NCBI GenBank assembly: GCA_030867685.1
Contig: JAQOWU010000001.1
Span: 558,001-622,000, forward strand
DNA from: Wickerhamiella versatilis
Lineage: Eukaryota
DNA length: 64,000 bases
Reading direction: 5' to 3'
The number at the start of each line of letters is the position of its first letter. Within the stretch, counting starts at the first letter, position 1. A program made the translations under genes and the position numbers. Positions 1 to 10,709 of the stretch are shown in pieces. The notes beneath the pieces were generated by a model. The model was not told the origin of the DNA and made no database searches. It worked only from the letters and a program-made list of their open reading frames with translations.

Positions 1-196
1 CATCCTATGAATTATACGGCATTAAGTTCCATGCGCCTTAATCATGATCAGTGCGGTTGCTATGCATTGTAGGTAATACTAGTTAATATATTTACTCGGA
101 ACTATTCGCGACTCGGCAATCTGTTGTAGCTTTTCTAGTACTATCACCATATTCGCTGGCAGTTACCCATTACGTAATTACGTGAATTGCCTCTCG

Positions 197-1111
197 ATGT
201 CGCAGCAACAGCAGTTTCAAGACCTTGTCAAGCGTTTGCAGAGAATGGGACAGCAAGGGGCTCGAGGAGGTGGTGGCCGTGGACCTATGGGTGGACCTGG
301 TGCTTTCGCAGGCCTTGGTGGTATTATCCTTCTTGGTGGTGGTGCCTTACTGCTGAATTCGGCACTATTTAACGTGGAGGGTGGCCATCGTGCCATCATA
401 TACTCTCGGTTAGGCGGTATTCAATCACAGCTGTACAACGAGGGTACGCATTTTGCTATTCCATGGTTCCAGCGACCAATTATTTTCGACGTTCGCGCGA
501 AGCCCCGGAGTGTTGCCAGTCTCACTGGCACGAAGGATTTGCAAATGGTGAATATTACTTGTCGTGTCCTCTCGCGTCCGCGAGTGGAGTCGCTAGCGAC
601 TGTATTCAGGACATTGGGAGTCGACTACGATGAGCGTGTGCTCCCGTCGATTGTCAACGAGGTTTTGAAGTCTGTGGTGGCCCAGTTCAATGCCTCACAG
701 CTTATTACCCAACGTGAACGGGTATCAAGACTTGTTCGCGATTCGCTCGTGAAGCGAGCAGCCAAATTCAACATCCTGCTTGACGATGTATCTATTACCA
801 TGATGAGCTTTTCTCCGGAATTCACGGCTGCCGTAGAGGCAAAACAGATTGCCCAGCAGGATGCATTAAGAGCCGCATTTATTGTGGACCGTGCACGTCA
901 AGAGAAACAGAGCTTACTTGTGCGTGCTCAAGGTGATGCGCGCTCCGCTGAACTCATTGGAGAAGCTGTGAGGAAGAACACTGGCTATCTCGAGCTCAAA
1001 CGGATCGACACGGCTCGTGATATCTCGGGGCTTGTGGCAAAGTCAGGAAACCGTCTGCTTCTTGATAATAAGGACCTTCTCCTAAATCTGTCTGATGAAA
1101 TCACTAAATAA
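197..1111 (+). CDS. PHB2: Prohibitin 2 (SPFH/band 7)
   Basis: LFNVEGGHRAIIYSR, LTGTKDLQMVNITCRVLSRP and AVEAKQIAQQ prohibitin motifs; first ATG at 197 (the ORF track starts at a GTG). Confidence 0.95.
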   Translation: MSQQQQFQDLVKRLQRMGQQGARGGGGRGPMGGPGAFAGLGGIILLGGGALLLNSALFNVEGGHRAIIYSRLGGIQSQLYNEGTHFAIPWFQRPIIFDVRAKPRSVASLTGTKDLQMVNITCRVLSRPRVESLATVFRTLGVDYDERVLPSIVNEVLKSVVAQFNASQLITQRERVSRLVRDSLVKRAAKFNILLDDVSITMMSFSPEFTAAVEAKQIAQQDALRAAFIVDRARQEKQSLLVRAQGDARSAELIGEAVRKNTGYLELKRIDTARDISGLVAKSGNRLLLDNKDLLLNLSDEITK

Positions 1112-1217
1112 TTCCGAACATCTTTTAGAACAGCATTTCGTAGGAGTATATGTATATATTGGGTAAATCGGGTTCGGGTTATATTTATCAGCTTCCAACC
1201 TCCGCATTCCCGCCGGA

Positions 1218-2165
1218 ATGGAGTATCTTTCAGACGTGAAGGAGCTGACCCGCGACGTTTGGTCAACAGCCAAGCCGAGAGAAATTGATCCTAGTGACCT
1301 TAAAGGCCGTGTGTACATAGTCACTGGAGGTTCAAGCGGAATCGGCTTCGAAGCAGCACGGTATCTTATCCAAGCCGGTGCCAAGGTGTATATTACTGGA
1401 GGCACCCCAGCAAATATTACACGTGCTGTGGACGAGTTATCAAATGTGAAACAAGGCGAGGTCCATGTGCTACCACTCAACAATTTGGATTTGTCGTCCA
1501 TCAAACCTGCAGTGACCCAATTCCTCCAGCAGGAATCTCGTCTGGATGGGATCCTGCATAATGCAGGAATAAATTACCGCGGTCAAAATTACACGAAAGA
1601 TGGACTACTAGACATCATTCAAGTAAACGTAGTCGCACCATGGCTTTTGCAGAAATTGCTCGATTCGCTTCTCATTCAAACAGGATCCTCGAGAATTGTT
1701 TGGGTAACCAGTGCAATACACTTTTATAGTCCACCGTGCGGTGGCATTGATTGGGAGAATATGTCTAGTTTTGACTCCGGTGGCTATCTAGGAGCTGGCA
1801 ATGGCATGTACGGGCAGACGAAAGCTATGAACATCTATGAGGCAGTTCTTTGGGCAAAACATCACAAGGATACTGATGTTATATCTGTTAGCGCACATCC
1901 GGGAACGATAGTCTCTGATATCCGTCGGGTAAACAGGTGGCGTAAGTTTGTCATGGAGCTTTGGGCGCGGCCGACCACATATGGAGCGCTGGCTGAGCTA
2001 GATGTCCTACTGTCAAAAGATATTCGAGCCTCAGATAATGGTGCCTATTTTATCCCCTTTGCGCAACATGGACATGTCCGAAATGATGTGTGGGAAGCTG
2101 CAAACGGTCCTCGGGGGGACAAATTTCTTGGCTGGATCACAGAGATCACTGACAAGTATGTTTGA
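1218..2165 (+). CDS. Short-chain dehydrogenase, retinol-dehydrogenase/Env9-like
   Basis: VTGGSSGIG Rossmann motif, HNAG, YGQTK catalytic motif, HPG. Confidence 0.85.
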   Translation: MEYLSDVKELTRDVWSTAKPREIDPSDLKGRVYIVTGGSSGIGFEAARYLIQAGAKVYITGGTPANITRAVDELSNVKQGEVHVLPLNNLDLSSIKPAVTQFLQQESRLDGILHNAGINYRGQNYTKDGLLDIIQVNVVAPWLLQKLLDSLLIQTGSSRIVWVTSAIHFYSPPCGGIDWENMSSFDSGGYLGAGNGMYGQTKAMNIYEAVLWAKHHKDTDVISVSAHPGTIVSDIRRVNRWRKFVMELWARPTTYGALAELDVLLSKDIRASDNGAYFIPFAQHGHVRNDVWEAANGPRGDKFLGWITEITDKYV

Positions 2166-2199
2166 GTACGAGTTCCTGACTTTATATAATTATATATAT

Positions 2200-2733
2200 T
2201 TAAGTATTTTCTTTTCTTTTGGTGACCTGCCAGTTTATGACACGGGCAATGTTCACCTCCATCGTCGTAATGTTTTCTCTTAGGAACTCCAGGTCTTCCT
2301 GACATGATGTTAAGGACTTTTGGGCACCCTTAACCTTACTATCCAAGAGTTCCAATGCTTCATCAATAGGATATTCCAACATCACGTTGGCACCAAGCCA
2401 GAGAAACACCGTCTGCGTGGGAGGTACTTCTGCCTTAGCATAGACGGTGTCGTTGAGCTCGTAATACGTCTTGAATGGCTCTTGACGCTCCTTTAGAAAA
2501 TTTGTAGTTTCCAAGGATTTCTCGATGTCCGGCATCTTGTCTACGAGGCCTGCAATTCGGTTTTGAGTAGTCATTTCCATAAACTGGTATTTCTGCAACT
2601 GCTCCCGCAGCTCCGCTAGTAGTTTGGCCGCATCATCGGCATCAGATGCAAAGTCACCGACTTTGTCCAGAAAAGGTGCCTGAGGGATACCTCGCGGGTT
2701 CACTTTGGCTGGCGCTGGCAGCGGCTTAGGCAT
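2200..2733 (-). CDS. PAC10: Prefoldin subunit 3
   Basis: NPRGIPQAPF, YELNDTVYAKA, LWLGANVMLEY, LRENITTMEVNIARV. Confidence 0.95.
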   Translation of the reverse strand: MPKPLPAPAKVNPRGIPQAPFLDKVGDFASDADDAAKLLAELREQLQKYQFMEMTTQNRIAGLVDKMPDIEKSLETTNFLKERQEPFKTYYELNDTVYAKAEVPPTQTVFLWLGANVMLEYPIDEALELLDSKVKGAQKSLTSCQEDLEFLRENITTMEVNIARVINWQVTKRKENT

Positions 2734-3059
2734 GTCAGCAGAAGACAGATTGCCTGGTCTGCAATGAGAGCAACAAGCCCAACAAGTTAGAGGTTAATAT
2801 GATGTGAGAACTTTTTTTGGCATATTTTAATTAAATCGTATTAATTCTTAGGATTGAAGCCTGCATGGAAGGAACTGACAGTAAGGGTACCTTCAGCCAT
2901 AGATATTAAGCATAACTACTGGGAATAAGAGGAGAGCTAGGATTTATTGTATGAATTCAAAAATAATTTACTGAAAGTATACCCAATTTTCAGTGATTGA
3001 GGTAGGTCGGTTAGCGATCACTTTGCAAGATTCGGATGAGATAATGGCATTAGCTAAGC

Positions 3060-3070
3060 AGGGCTCAGGG
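3060..3070 (+). promoter_or_regulatory. Candidate ribosomal-protein promoter element AGGGCTCAGGG (RPL18)
   Basis: 73 bp upstream of the RPL18 ATG; an identical 11-mer lies 71 bp upstream of the RPS14 ATG. Confidence 0.6.
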
Positions 3071-3132
3071 CACACTTTCATAGATGCACTCTCAGAATAT
3101 CGAGTCGGACAGCTGGTAGAGCTACATACTTC

Positions 3133-3699
3133 ATGGCTGTCGACACTGGCCGCAAACCTCACAAGCGCAACAGCAACCGCACTGCGCCAAAGTCGGATAA
3201 TCCGTACTTGCGCCTGCTGGTTCAGTTGTACCGTTTCTTGGCTCGCCGCACGGACTCTGGTTTCAACAAGGTTGTGCTTAAGAGTCTGTTCCTCTCCAAG
3301 ACCAACCGCCCACCTGTTAGTCTGAGCCGTATCGCTCGTGCTCAGAAGCTTCAGGGTGCCGAGTCCAAGACCGTCGTTGTCGTTGGTACTGTCACTGATG
3401 ACAACCGTCTTTTCGAGGTCCCCAAGGTGACTGTTGCCGCTCTTCGCTTCACTGAGGGTGCCCGTGCTCGGATCCTCAAGGCTGGTGGTGAAATCATCAC
3501 CCTCGATCAGCTTGCTCGTAGAGCCCCTACTGGCCAGAACACCATTCTGCTGCGTGGCCCCCGTTCCCACCGTGAGGCGGTCCGTCACTTCGGCTTCGGC
3601 CCCCACAGCCACAAGGCCCCTCGCATTCTGTCTACGAACTCTAAGGGTAAGAAGGAGAACGCCCGCGGTCGCCGGAAGTCGCGTGCCTTCAAGGTGTAA
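3133..3699 (+). CDS. RPL18: 60S ribosomal protein eL18
   Basis: [22 protein letters not shown] ... [14 protein letters not shown]; strongly biased codon usage; no intron in the CDS. Confidence 0.97.
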   Translation: MAVDTGRKPHKRNSNRTAPKSDNPYLRLLVQLYRFLARRTDSGFNKVVLKSLFLSKTNRPPVSLSRIARAQKLQGAESKTVVVVGTVTDDNRLFEVPKVTVAALRFTEGARARILKAGGEIITLDQLARRAPTGQNTILLRGPRSHREAVRHFGFGPHSHKAPRILSTNSKGKKENARGRRKSRAFKV

Positions 3700-3843
3700 G
3701 GCGGTTAGTACTAAAATATTTACTTCTGATTGTTTAATCGCTCTGACGATCCATAAAGTACAAATACTAAGTCGCAACTTAGAAAGATTCATCTACTATA
3801 TTAGATGGTACTAGAATTTGTCACTATGTACTGTTGTTCCGTT

Positions 3844-4848
3844 CTACAGATATGTTACTGTCAAACCCATTTTAGCTGCTTCTCGCAGAGCTGCCCAGAA
3901 CCAGGGGAAAACGCGGTTGCCAAAAGCAAGTAGAGTTTTTTTCGATTTAAAAGCCCCGATAGCCAGTATAACTGCAATAACTTCATAAATACCATACTTC
4001 CGGATGGCAGTAATCATCCAGTGCCTCCATAATTGTGTTAATGGAGTCCTTTGCCGAGTCATAGCAGATTCATCCTCACTTGATTGGGTTCCGGTGTTAC
4101 TTGATGATGATCTATTAGTTTTTGAAGAGGATGGTAACGAAGAATTGCGATTAGACTGGGACTGGGATTGGACCGTCGAGTTATGCGGTTGTTGCTGTTG
4201 CTGCTGTTGCTGCTGTTGCTGCTGTTGTTGCTGTTGCAATTGCTGAGACGCACTCATCGCTGCAATGACGCGGTTCTCATCCGCTATATGTGCTCGTTCC
4301 AGCATCAATTTGTATTTTTTGTGGGCCTTGGAAACCTCCTTCAGGACTTGCCGTCTTTGCGAATCGTCAAAGCAGGAAGCCGTCTTGGCAAGTTCCACAG
4401 CATAATCAAATGAGGAGTTTCCCAAAGCCTGTATTTCGACTATGTAGCTGCGAACAACTCGCTGTTTACCTTTTACATCTCCAATATGCGACAAAAAAGA
4501 CTCGACAGACCTCTCTGTTTCTTTAAATGGCGAGGAACACCTTCTTGCCACTAAATCAACGAAGTCTGCAACCACAGAACACGGGACATTCTCTATACCA
4601 TCGAAAGCTCTTGTTACATGTTTCCAAACTTCTTCCTTGGCCATATAAGCGCGAAGTTCTGCTGCACCATCCCAGTTGGCCGTAAATGCTCGGTCACAGA
4701 GGGCGGCCCAAAGAATCCATATCTGTGTGCGTAAAAGCGGATCCAAATCTTCTGCCACCAGTAGAGGCCCTAAAAGGGTTTGTGTGCCAGCAAAATCGCG
4801 CGTTACAAACCGCTTTGCAGCTAATGTATACTGAGCCTGGCCCCACAC
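3844..4848 (-). CDS. PEX26: Peroxin 26-like tail-anchored AAA-peroxin recruiter; start appears to be GTG
   Basis: N-terminal YxxAxxxFxTR..IW motif, poly-Q/Ser linker, C-terminal TM segment and a MGLTVTYL end resembling fungal Pex26 (recalled as GMGVKVSYI). Confidence 0.65.
   Translation of the reverse strand: MWGQAQYTLAAKRFVTRDFAGTQTLLGPLLVAEDLDPLLRTQIWILWAALCDRAFTANWDGAAELRAYMAKEEVWKHVTRAFDGIENVPCSVVADFVDLVARRCSSPFKETERSVESFLSHIGDVKGKQRVVRSYIVEIQALGNSSFDYAVELAKTASCFDDSQRRQVLKEVSKAHKKYKLMLERAHIADENRVIAAMSASQQLQQQQQQQQQQQQQQQQPHNSTVQSQSQSNRNSSLPSSSKTNRSSSSNTGTQSSEDESAMTRQRTPLTQLWRHWMITAIRKYGIYEVIAVILAIGAFKSKKTLLAFGNRVFPWFWAALREAAKMGLTVTYL
4189..4236 (-). repeat. CAG/CAA trinucleotide tract encoding about 16 Gln
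   Basis: ttg/ctg run on the + strand, inside the PEX26-like ORF. Confidence 0.9.
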
Positions 4849-4920
4849 TTTGCTTATATGATATCAGTCAAATATTGTATAGTATAGTAGTAATATGTCA
4901 TCTTCGTTTATAGTCTTTAT

Positions 4921-6036
4921 TTAATATGAATTAGGAATGGTATTCGGCGGAATAGGAACAATGTCATCCTGAGCACCATGTTTTGCTTGAGCAATTGCGC
5001 CGTAGTTTGTATCAAGAGAATATACCACGTATGCCGAACGCAAAAAGCTGTCACCTAGAATTACTGTGCCCTGAGACATTGTGGTGGGTAGGACGGACAG
5101 TTTATAACGGTTGGTGCTGTCGTCTTTTAAGAACACCTCAGAAGGTGGAACGTGAATCTCCTTATTGCCGAAGCTATAGGTTAAGCCTTGGCTGGGGAGC
5201 TGGTTCACCATCCAGTATCCTGTACCAACGTCGTACTGTGCACCATATGATCTCGCAATCTGTTGGAAGGTATTCATAGGAAGATAAGTTAAGCTAGTCC
5301 CGGAATCCAAAAGTCCATTGTGTCCATTGCCCATCACAGAGAAGTCAGCGCTGAAGGTGGAATTAGATGTAAATGGAAATGCACGCAGGTCACCGTCAAA
5401 TTTGCCCCTGTTGATTGCGCCAAACAGCAGTGTACCGGTTTTGGAGTCAACGTCATCAAGATACAGGGAATATGACTTACTCGGGATCACATGATTGTCA
5501 CTCAAACTCTGTGGGAGATTGGTGTAGTGTTGATGCATAGCTTCGTTACGGATCTGGCCCAGTCCCATTATTCCATAAGGAGCCTCACCATACCGGTTGG
5601 AAACGCCGAATTGTACTGGTACCTTGACTTCGGAGGAAAGAGTGACTATATCATGTACAAATTCACCATTGCTCGAGGATCCATCAACATACGAGATAAA
5701 GAAATTATTATTGACGTGTTGAGCAGTGGAGCTGGAATCCCGCGAATAATGTAAGGAAGCTTGAGTGACTCCTGGGCCGTACACCCATAAGTCTGATGAG
5801 CCAGTATCTACAATGCACTCCACCCGTTGAGCAGGAGTACCGACCTCGAACGATACTACATAGTCGTCAACCTGGTTCTGTAATGACTCGTCGAAAACAT
5901 TTCGCTTGGATAAAAAGGCAGAGGTCGAGGAATTGCGAGGGCGACGCTCGAAGGACATCGCATGATAACCTTTGTTTAAGCTTGTAGGTGCGGCTGTAGC
6001 GAGAGAGGTGGTTAGGAGGTAAAAGAATGTAATCAT
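4921..6036 (-). CDS. Secreted aspartic protease (A1, Sap/yapsin-like)
   Basis: Signal peptide from ATG 6036 (MITFFYLL), KR propeptide site, DTGSSDLWV and DSGTSLT catalytic motifs, ILGDSFLR; no GPI tail. Confidence 0.92.
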   Translation of the reverse strand: MITFFYLLTTSLATAAPTSLNKGYHAMSFERRPRNSSTSAFLSKRNVFDESLQNQVDDYVVSFEVGTPAQRVECIVDTGSSDLWVYGPGVTQASLHYSRDSSSTAQHVNNNFFISYVDGSSSNGEFVHDIVTLSSEVKVPVQFGVSNRYGEAPYGIMGLGQIRNEAMHQHYTNLPQSLSDNHVIPSKSYSLYLDDVDSKTGTLLFGAINRGKFDGDLRAFPFTSNSTFSADFSVMGNGHNGLLDSGTSLTYLPMNTFQQIARSYGAQYDVGTGYWMVNQLPSQGLTYSFGNKEIHVPPSEVFLKDDSTNRYKLSVLPTTMSQGTVILGDSFLRSAYVVYSLDTNYGAIAQAKHGAQDDIVPIPPNTIPNSY

Positions 6037-6654
6037 TGCAGGGAGGGATGCAAGTATAGACCTAGAAGCTAGTTTGCTTTTATATTCAGATGCAATGGTA
6101 GAGTTTAGTGTATCTACTACACGACATTCGGTCTCTAACGTGACATTAGGATTACTTGTATCAGATATAGTTTGTAAATGGAAGGCATCCAAACACTTTT
6201 GGGTAATGAAAATTGCTATATATACTCTTTTTCACCTACTATAAATCCATGATAAGTTTGTTTTTCTGAATATTGAGCCCATACGGACACATAGTGAAAT
6301 GTTTCAGAAAGATATAGGTGTGTCAGGGTTAGGGCCTCTTTTATCGACACACTTAGTGAGACCATGAAACGGTGCAATAGGCTTAATCTCGAAAAAACCT
6401 CAATCATGAGTTTTATTTTCATATTGTTTCATTTTCTAGATACTAATAATTTTATCTTGGTATGGGTTCTTTTCATTGTAACGGGTGTACGGGTCATCAT
6501 ATGTATATTCAGCATTATCTGCAGAGAGGGGAATAAGGAAATAAAGAAAAGACCACAATTAGATGTAATAGCCTGTCATACTGCATCTTAACGTCCGTGT
6601 AGACTTGGGCCTAGTGATTAAAAGCCAGTACTCTTCTCTGATGTATTAGTCATA

Positions 6655-6665
6655 AGGGCTCAGGG
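6655..6665 (+). promoter_or_regulatory. Candidate ribosomal-protein promoter element AGGGCTCAGGG (RPS14)
   Basis: Same 11-mer and nearly the same spacing as upstream of RPL18. Confidence 0.6.
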
Positions 6666-6725
6666 TCATGTAATTACGGCTCACACTCTCCTACCTCAGC
6701 TGGCCAACATTCGATTCAACCGGAT

Positions 6726-7145
6726 ATGTCCAACGTTACGCTTGGCCTCCAGTCGGAGGGCGAGCTGGTATTCGGCATTGCACGCATTTTTGCGTCGTAC
6801 AACGATACCTTCGTCCACGTTACGGATTTCACTGGACGGGAAACCGTTGCTCGTGTTACCGGTGGTATGAAGGTGAAGGCTGACCACGACGAGTCAAGCC
6901 CTTACGCTGCCATGCTTGCCGCACAGGATGTTGCTGCTCGTTGCAAGGAGGTTGGAATCAACGCCTTGCACTTCAAGATCCGTGCGAAGGGTGGTACCGC
7001 CTCGAAGACTCCTGGCCCTGGTGCCCAGGCCGCTCTGCGTGCTCTTGCTCGCTCTGGCCTCCGCATTGGCCGTATCGAGGATGTTACCCCGATCCCTAGT
7101 GACTCGACCCGAAAGAAGGGTGGCCGCCGCGGTCGTCGCCCTTAG
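6726..7145 (+). CDS. RPS14: 40S ribosomal protein uS11
   Basis: [47 protein letters not shown]. Confidence 0.97.
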   Translation: MSNVTLGLQSEGELVFGIARIFASYNDTFVHVTDFTGRETVARVTGGMKVKADHDESSPYAAMLAAQDVAARCKEVGINALHFKIRAKGGTASKTPGPGAQAALRALARSGLRIGRIEDVTPIPSDSTRKKGGRRGRRP

Positions 7146-7324
7146 ATATGTGCATTCACATCTATGTTGTGGCTGCTCTCTATATGTAGGCCTATGCAAA
7201 ATAATCTATTACGCTGATCATAAAAAGGTATATAGGAGCAAGAATTTGAGGAAAGACAATGCAGAGAGATTTCTTTTTACAATTTGTTTGTTAATAGTAA
7301 AAAAATAAAAAAAAGGTTGCCGAA

Positions 7325-7397
7325 AACCCCACACGGGACTCGAACCCGCAGTCTCCCGCTTAGGAGGCGGATGCCTTAACCATTTGGCCAATGGGGC
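7325..7397 (-). tRNA. tRNA-Arg(CCT)
   Basis: GCCCCAT/GTGGGGT acceptor stem, A box TGGCCAAATGG, anticodon arm TCCGC-CT CCT AA-GCGGG, GGTTCGAGTCC T-arm, downstream poly-T. Confidence 0.93.
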
Positions 7398-7426
7398 TTG
7401 GTCAGCGTAGTAGTAGAAAATTAAGG

Positions 7427-8890
7427 CTATATATAGAGACATGCTGTTACGAGGGACAGAGCTATCGCGATATATATCGGAACCATGTAGTTATCATACG
7501 TCCAGGAGGCATCTGAAGTATCAAAAGCTTCCTCGTCTGTATTGGCCTTAGACTTATCATTGTCGTCGCGTTGCTTCGGCTTCGCGGAGGATAGTGCCTT
7601 TGCGTGACGAGTCCAGGGTGAGGTAAAGTTAGCCACATAGCCAGGACGAGGACGGAGAGGCTCACTATACTTCACCGTTTTATTGGTAATTTCGAGGCCA
7701 TCAGGGCCAAATATTTTTCGTGTGGTCTCGGGCACTGCATAGTTTTCCAGGAGTTGGCCACGTTTTATACGGACACCATAGCGAATCATGTCAGTACCAA
7801 AGCTCTCCGGTATTTCGTGATTGCCAAAATGGTCGGTGCCAGTTTTACACAATGGCCTATTAGTTTGTTGTATTTTGTGGGGTGGTACCAAGTGTTTGCC
7901 CACGGCATCGGTATCTGAAGGAGTACCAGAAAGCATCTGCTTCAATGTATCAAAGTCTGGCCTTATTTTCACGTTCCCATTGTCGTCAACGTCGACAATA
8001 CCATAGTTATTAGCCTCCTGTGTGAACTCGTACACAAGCCCGCCACTAAACACATGGGTCATTCGCGGGCTGTACAGCGGCTCGATCTCCTCAAATAGTC
8101 GCGGCTGGACAAGGTTGCAGCCAAATTCAGAAAGGAATAAGGGCATAGTGAACTCCTCATGATCCCTCACCAGGACATCGTATCCACTGGTCTTGAAAGT
8201 TTGATGGCCACACCACTGATAGGAGTTAACACCATAGAAGTCCACAGCACTCTCATCATCACCACAGCTGAGGTAGTGCGCGAGGGGTATACGGTACTTT
8301 AGGTCGTCAGCAGCCGAGTAGCCGACCGGGATATAGCGAGGGGAATTGAAATAGATATAATCCTTAACATCGCGAGCAACTGCTCTCACATATATGGGAG
8401 AGACCGACGCACTGCGCTCGTCATTCACCACCTCGTTCCCGATGAAATATCCCATGGTGTTATTATAGCCGCTGAACTCCTCCACAACTTCAAATACATG
8501 CTGCAGGTAATTAGGATTGTAAGTCGTCCAGGGCTCATAGCGGTTGAGGCTCTCACCAGGTTGAGGAGAGTTCACATCCAGGATCACATAGATCCCGGCG
8601 TGAGCGAGTATGGTCATACACTGATCGTGATCGAGCGCTGGGTTTACCGAGTAAACGCGCACTGAATTCAATCCAAGAGATTGGAACAGGTATGCATCGC
8701 GTGCGCATGTATCAGCGTCTGATAACGGGTCCGCGCCGCCATGATATCCACTGGACCCGCCAGGCTGGTAGTCGACCCCTCTCACCAGGAAAGGATCACC
8801 AGTCGCACTGTCAAAGAAACGGTTTCCTTGGATTACTATGGGATTGATGGCCAGAACCGATGAAAATAATAATGCACTAACTGTTAGCAT
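7427..8890 (-). CDS. GH72 1,3-beta-glucanosyltransferase lacking the X8 domain (Gas4/5-type), hydrophobic C-terminus
   Basis: RGVDYQPGG, GNEV, YGVNSYQWCG, LSEFGCN, FSGGLVYEF. Confidence 0.93.
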   Translation of the reverse strand: MLTVSALLFSSVLAINPIVIQGNRFFDSATGDPFLVRGVDYQPGGSSGYHGGADPLSDADTCARDAYLFQSLGLNSVRVYSVNPALDHDQCMTILAHAGIYVILDVNSPQPGESLNRYEPWTTYNPNYLQHVFEVVEEFSGYNNTMGYFIGNEVVNDERSASVSPIYVRAVARDVKDYIYFNSPRYIPVGYSAADDLKYRIPLAHYLSCGDDESAVDFYGVNSYQWCGHQTFKTSGYDVLVRDHEEFTMPLFLSEFGCNLVQPRLFEEIEPLYSPRMTHVFSGGLVYEFTQEANNYGIVDVDDNGNVKIRPDFDTLKQMLSGTPSDTDAVGKHLVPPHKIQQTNRPLCKTGTDHFGNHEIPESFGTDMIRYGVRIKRGQLLENYAVPETTRKIFGPDGLEITNKTVKYSEPLRPRPGYVANFTSPWTRHAKALSSAKPKQRDDNDKSKANTDEEAFDTSDASWTYDNYMVPIYIAIALSLVTACLYI

Positions 8891-9083
8891 TCAAAGAGAA
8901 TTGTGGGCCGGGAAAAGGGTTGATTACACAGTTGTGGTTCCCAATGAAGAGGCTTGCAGTCGCATCGCAGAGAAAAAAACAATTATGGGTAGGGCTGTAA
9001 TCGAAGTGTTTCTATCGTTGATACCTAAAGTAGGAGGCTAGAATAAAATATTCATCTACTTGACTCGACTCAACTTGATGGGG

Positions 9084-10709
9084 CTAGACAGCACCATCGC
9101 CGGTGAAAACGCCCACTATCTTTCCAGTGAGCCTCTTTGCCGAGTTACTGATAGGAGATTTAGTTTCCACTGGATACTCCATCCGGCCTGTCTCGAGATC
9201 CACTTGACTCGCCGGTACCCACATAGGGCTTCGCCTTCTTATATAGAAATAAGCCCGCGCACCACAGTATATGATGACCAGCGCAACAAGTGATACAAAA
9301 TTAGCGAAGAAGTTCTTGGCCGAGGGCTTCTCTCCTAATGGGAATAGAGCAATGTAGAACTGAATGATCACAATTAGGATGCACCACGTGAGCCCGTATA
9401 AAGAGCCCCATATTCCGGACCACCCTCTCCAGGGAAGCTCAGAAAAGCTGCGACCCTGTGCCTTCCATGCTAATCTCATCCGAATATGACAGAAAAAAAT
9501 TGAGCTCCATACCCAGAGCGTGCACAGACTTGTTAGATTTGAGAACCAGCCAAACACATTTGCACCCGTCTCCGAGACGTTTAAATAGCTCAATCCGCCG
9601 CCAAAAACCAAAACAGCCAGGATTCCTGTCCATGGTCGGCCATGTTTATCAGTTTTATTGAGAATTTGCGGTGCGAGCCCCAGCTTTGCCAGTCCTATAA
9701 GCTGGCGGGAGCCACCGTATGCCTGTGCGCAGCCGGAAGATAGTGCGCTCAGTAGAATTATAGCATTCATACCATCACCAAGCCGCCGGATGTTAGACGG
9801 GCCGTCTTTAAATGCTATCACGAAAGGGGACGCGGAGCTACCGCTATCGCTGCCACCACCAAACAATTGTTTGTTATCGGGATCGACGGTTATAGTCACC
9901 ATTAGCGATCCGATGACGTAGAAGAGCCCGAGACGTAGGAAGGCAGAATTAACTGCCGGAGGCACTGAACGACGAGGATTTTTTACCTCTGCCGCTGCCA
10001 CCGCTATGAGCTCCGAGCCGGCAATGGCAAACACACAGGTGGAAAAGACGCTGAGGAGGCCTTTAAATCCATTAGGAAATGCGTTGAAGTTCCAGTAATG
10101 GAATCCGACATGGTTAGCCGCGGATACGTAGATGCAGCCCCCGATAACCACAAATATCCATAGCAGCTTCACACAACTCATTACTGATTCAGCCTCACCA
10201 AACACATTTGATGGACATGCATTGACAAAAACGATATATACCAGGAATATCGTGAGCCACGCCCCAGTGGGTACCTTATCAGTCCAGTAGCTAACCGCCG
10301 TGGTACAGCCCTGTAACTCATTTGCCAGGTTAATTGAGAAGGCGAAGAAGTAGCTGAACCCTAGGGTGACGGCGGCGGCAGGATCAAGGAACTTTTGGCA
10401 CCACTGCGGAAACGGCGATGGGACGGGGTAAAGTATGGATAATTCGCCAGCAGCCACGCATAAGAAGCATACTATTGAAGCAGCTATACAGTATCCGATG
10501 AAGATAGAAGCAGGACCTCCTGTGTGGAGCGATGTGCCGGAGCCGAGCCACAGACCCAATCCGATAGAATTTCCGACGCTAATCCACAGCAGGTGCCGAG
10601 TTTTCAAATTCCGCTTGAGACCTTGATCATTTTCAATAGTTCCTGCGTTAACATCTGGGTCAACCTCTTTTTCTTGGACGATTGCCACGTCCTTTTTTTC
10701 TGACCCCAT
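9084..10709 (-). CDS. Amino acid permease (APC/YAT family), copy 1
   Basis: LKRNLKTRHL, about 12 TM segments, GSELIAVAAAEVKNPR, SASPFVIA. Confidence 0.93.
   Translation of the reverse strand: MGSEKKDVAIVQEKEVDPDVNAGTIENDQGLKRNLKTRHLLWISVGNSIGLGLWLGSGTSLHTGGPASIFIGYCIAASIVCFLCVAAGELSILYPVPSPFPQWCQKFLDPAAAVTLGFSYFFAFSINLANELQGCTTAVSYWTDKVPTGAWLTIFLVYIVFVNACPSNVFGEAESVMSCVKLLWIFVVIGGCIYVSAANHVGFHYWNFNAFPNGFKGLLSVFSTCVFAIAGSELIAVAAAEVKNPRRSVPPAVNSAFLRLGLFYVIGSLMVTITVDPDNKQLFGGGSDSGSSASPFVIAFKDGPSNIRRLGDGMNAIILLSALSSGCAQAYGGSRQLIGLAKLGLAPQILNKTDKHGRPWTGILAVLVFGGGLSYLNVSETGANVFGWFSNLTSLCTLWVWSSIFFCHIRMRLAWKAQGRSFSELPWRGWSGIWGSLYGLTWCILIVIIQFYIALFPLGEKPSAKNFFANFVSLVALVIIYCGARAYFYIRRRSPMWVPASQVDLETGRMEYPVETKSPISNSAKRLTGKIVGVFTGDGAV

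Noticed and set aside
2968-3792. 274-aa antisense ORF over RPL18
   Set aside because: By-product of biased codon usage.
4004-4413. Poly-Cys and poly-Leu ORFs
   Set aside because: Alternative frames of the CAG tract.
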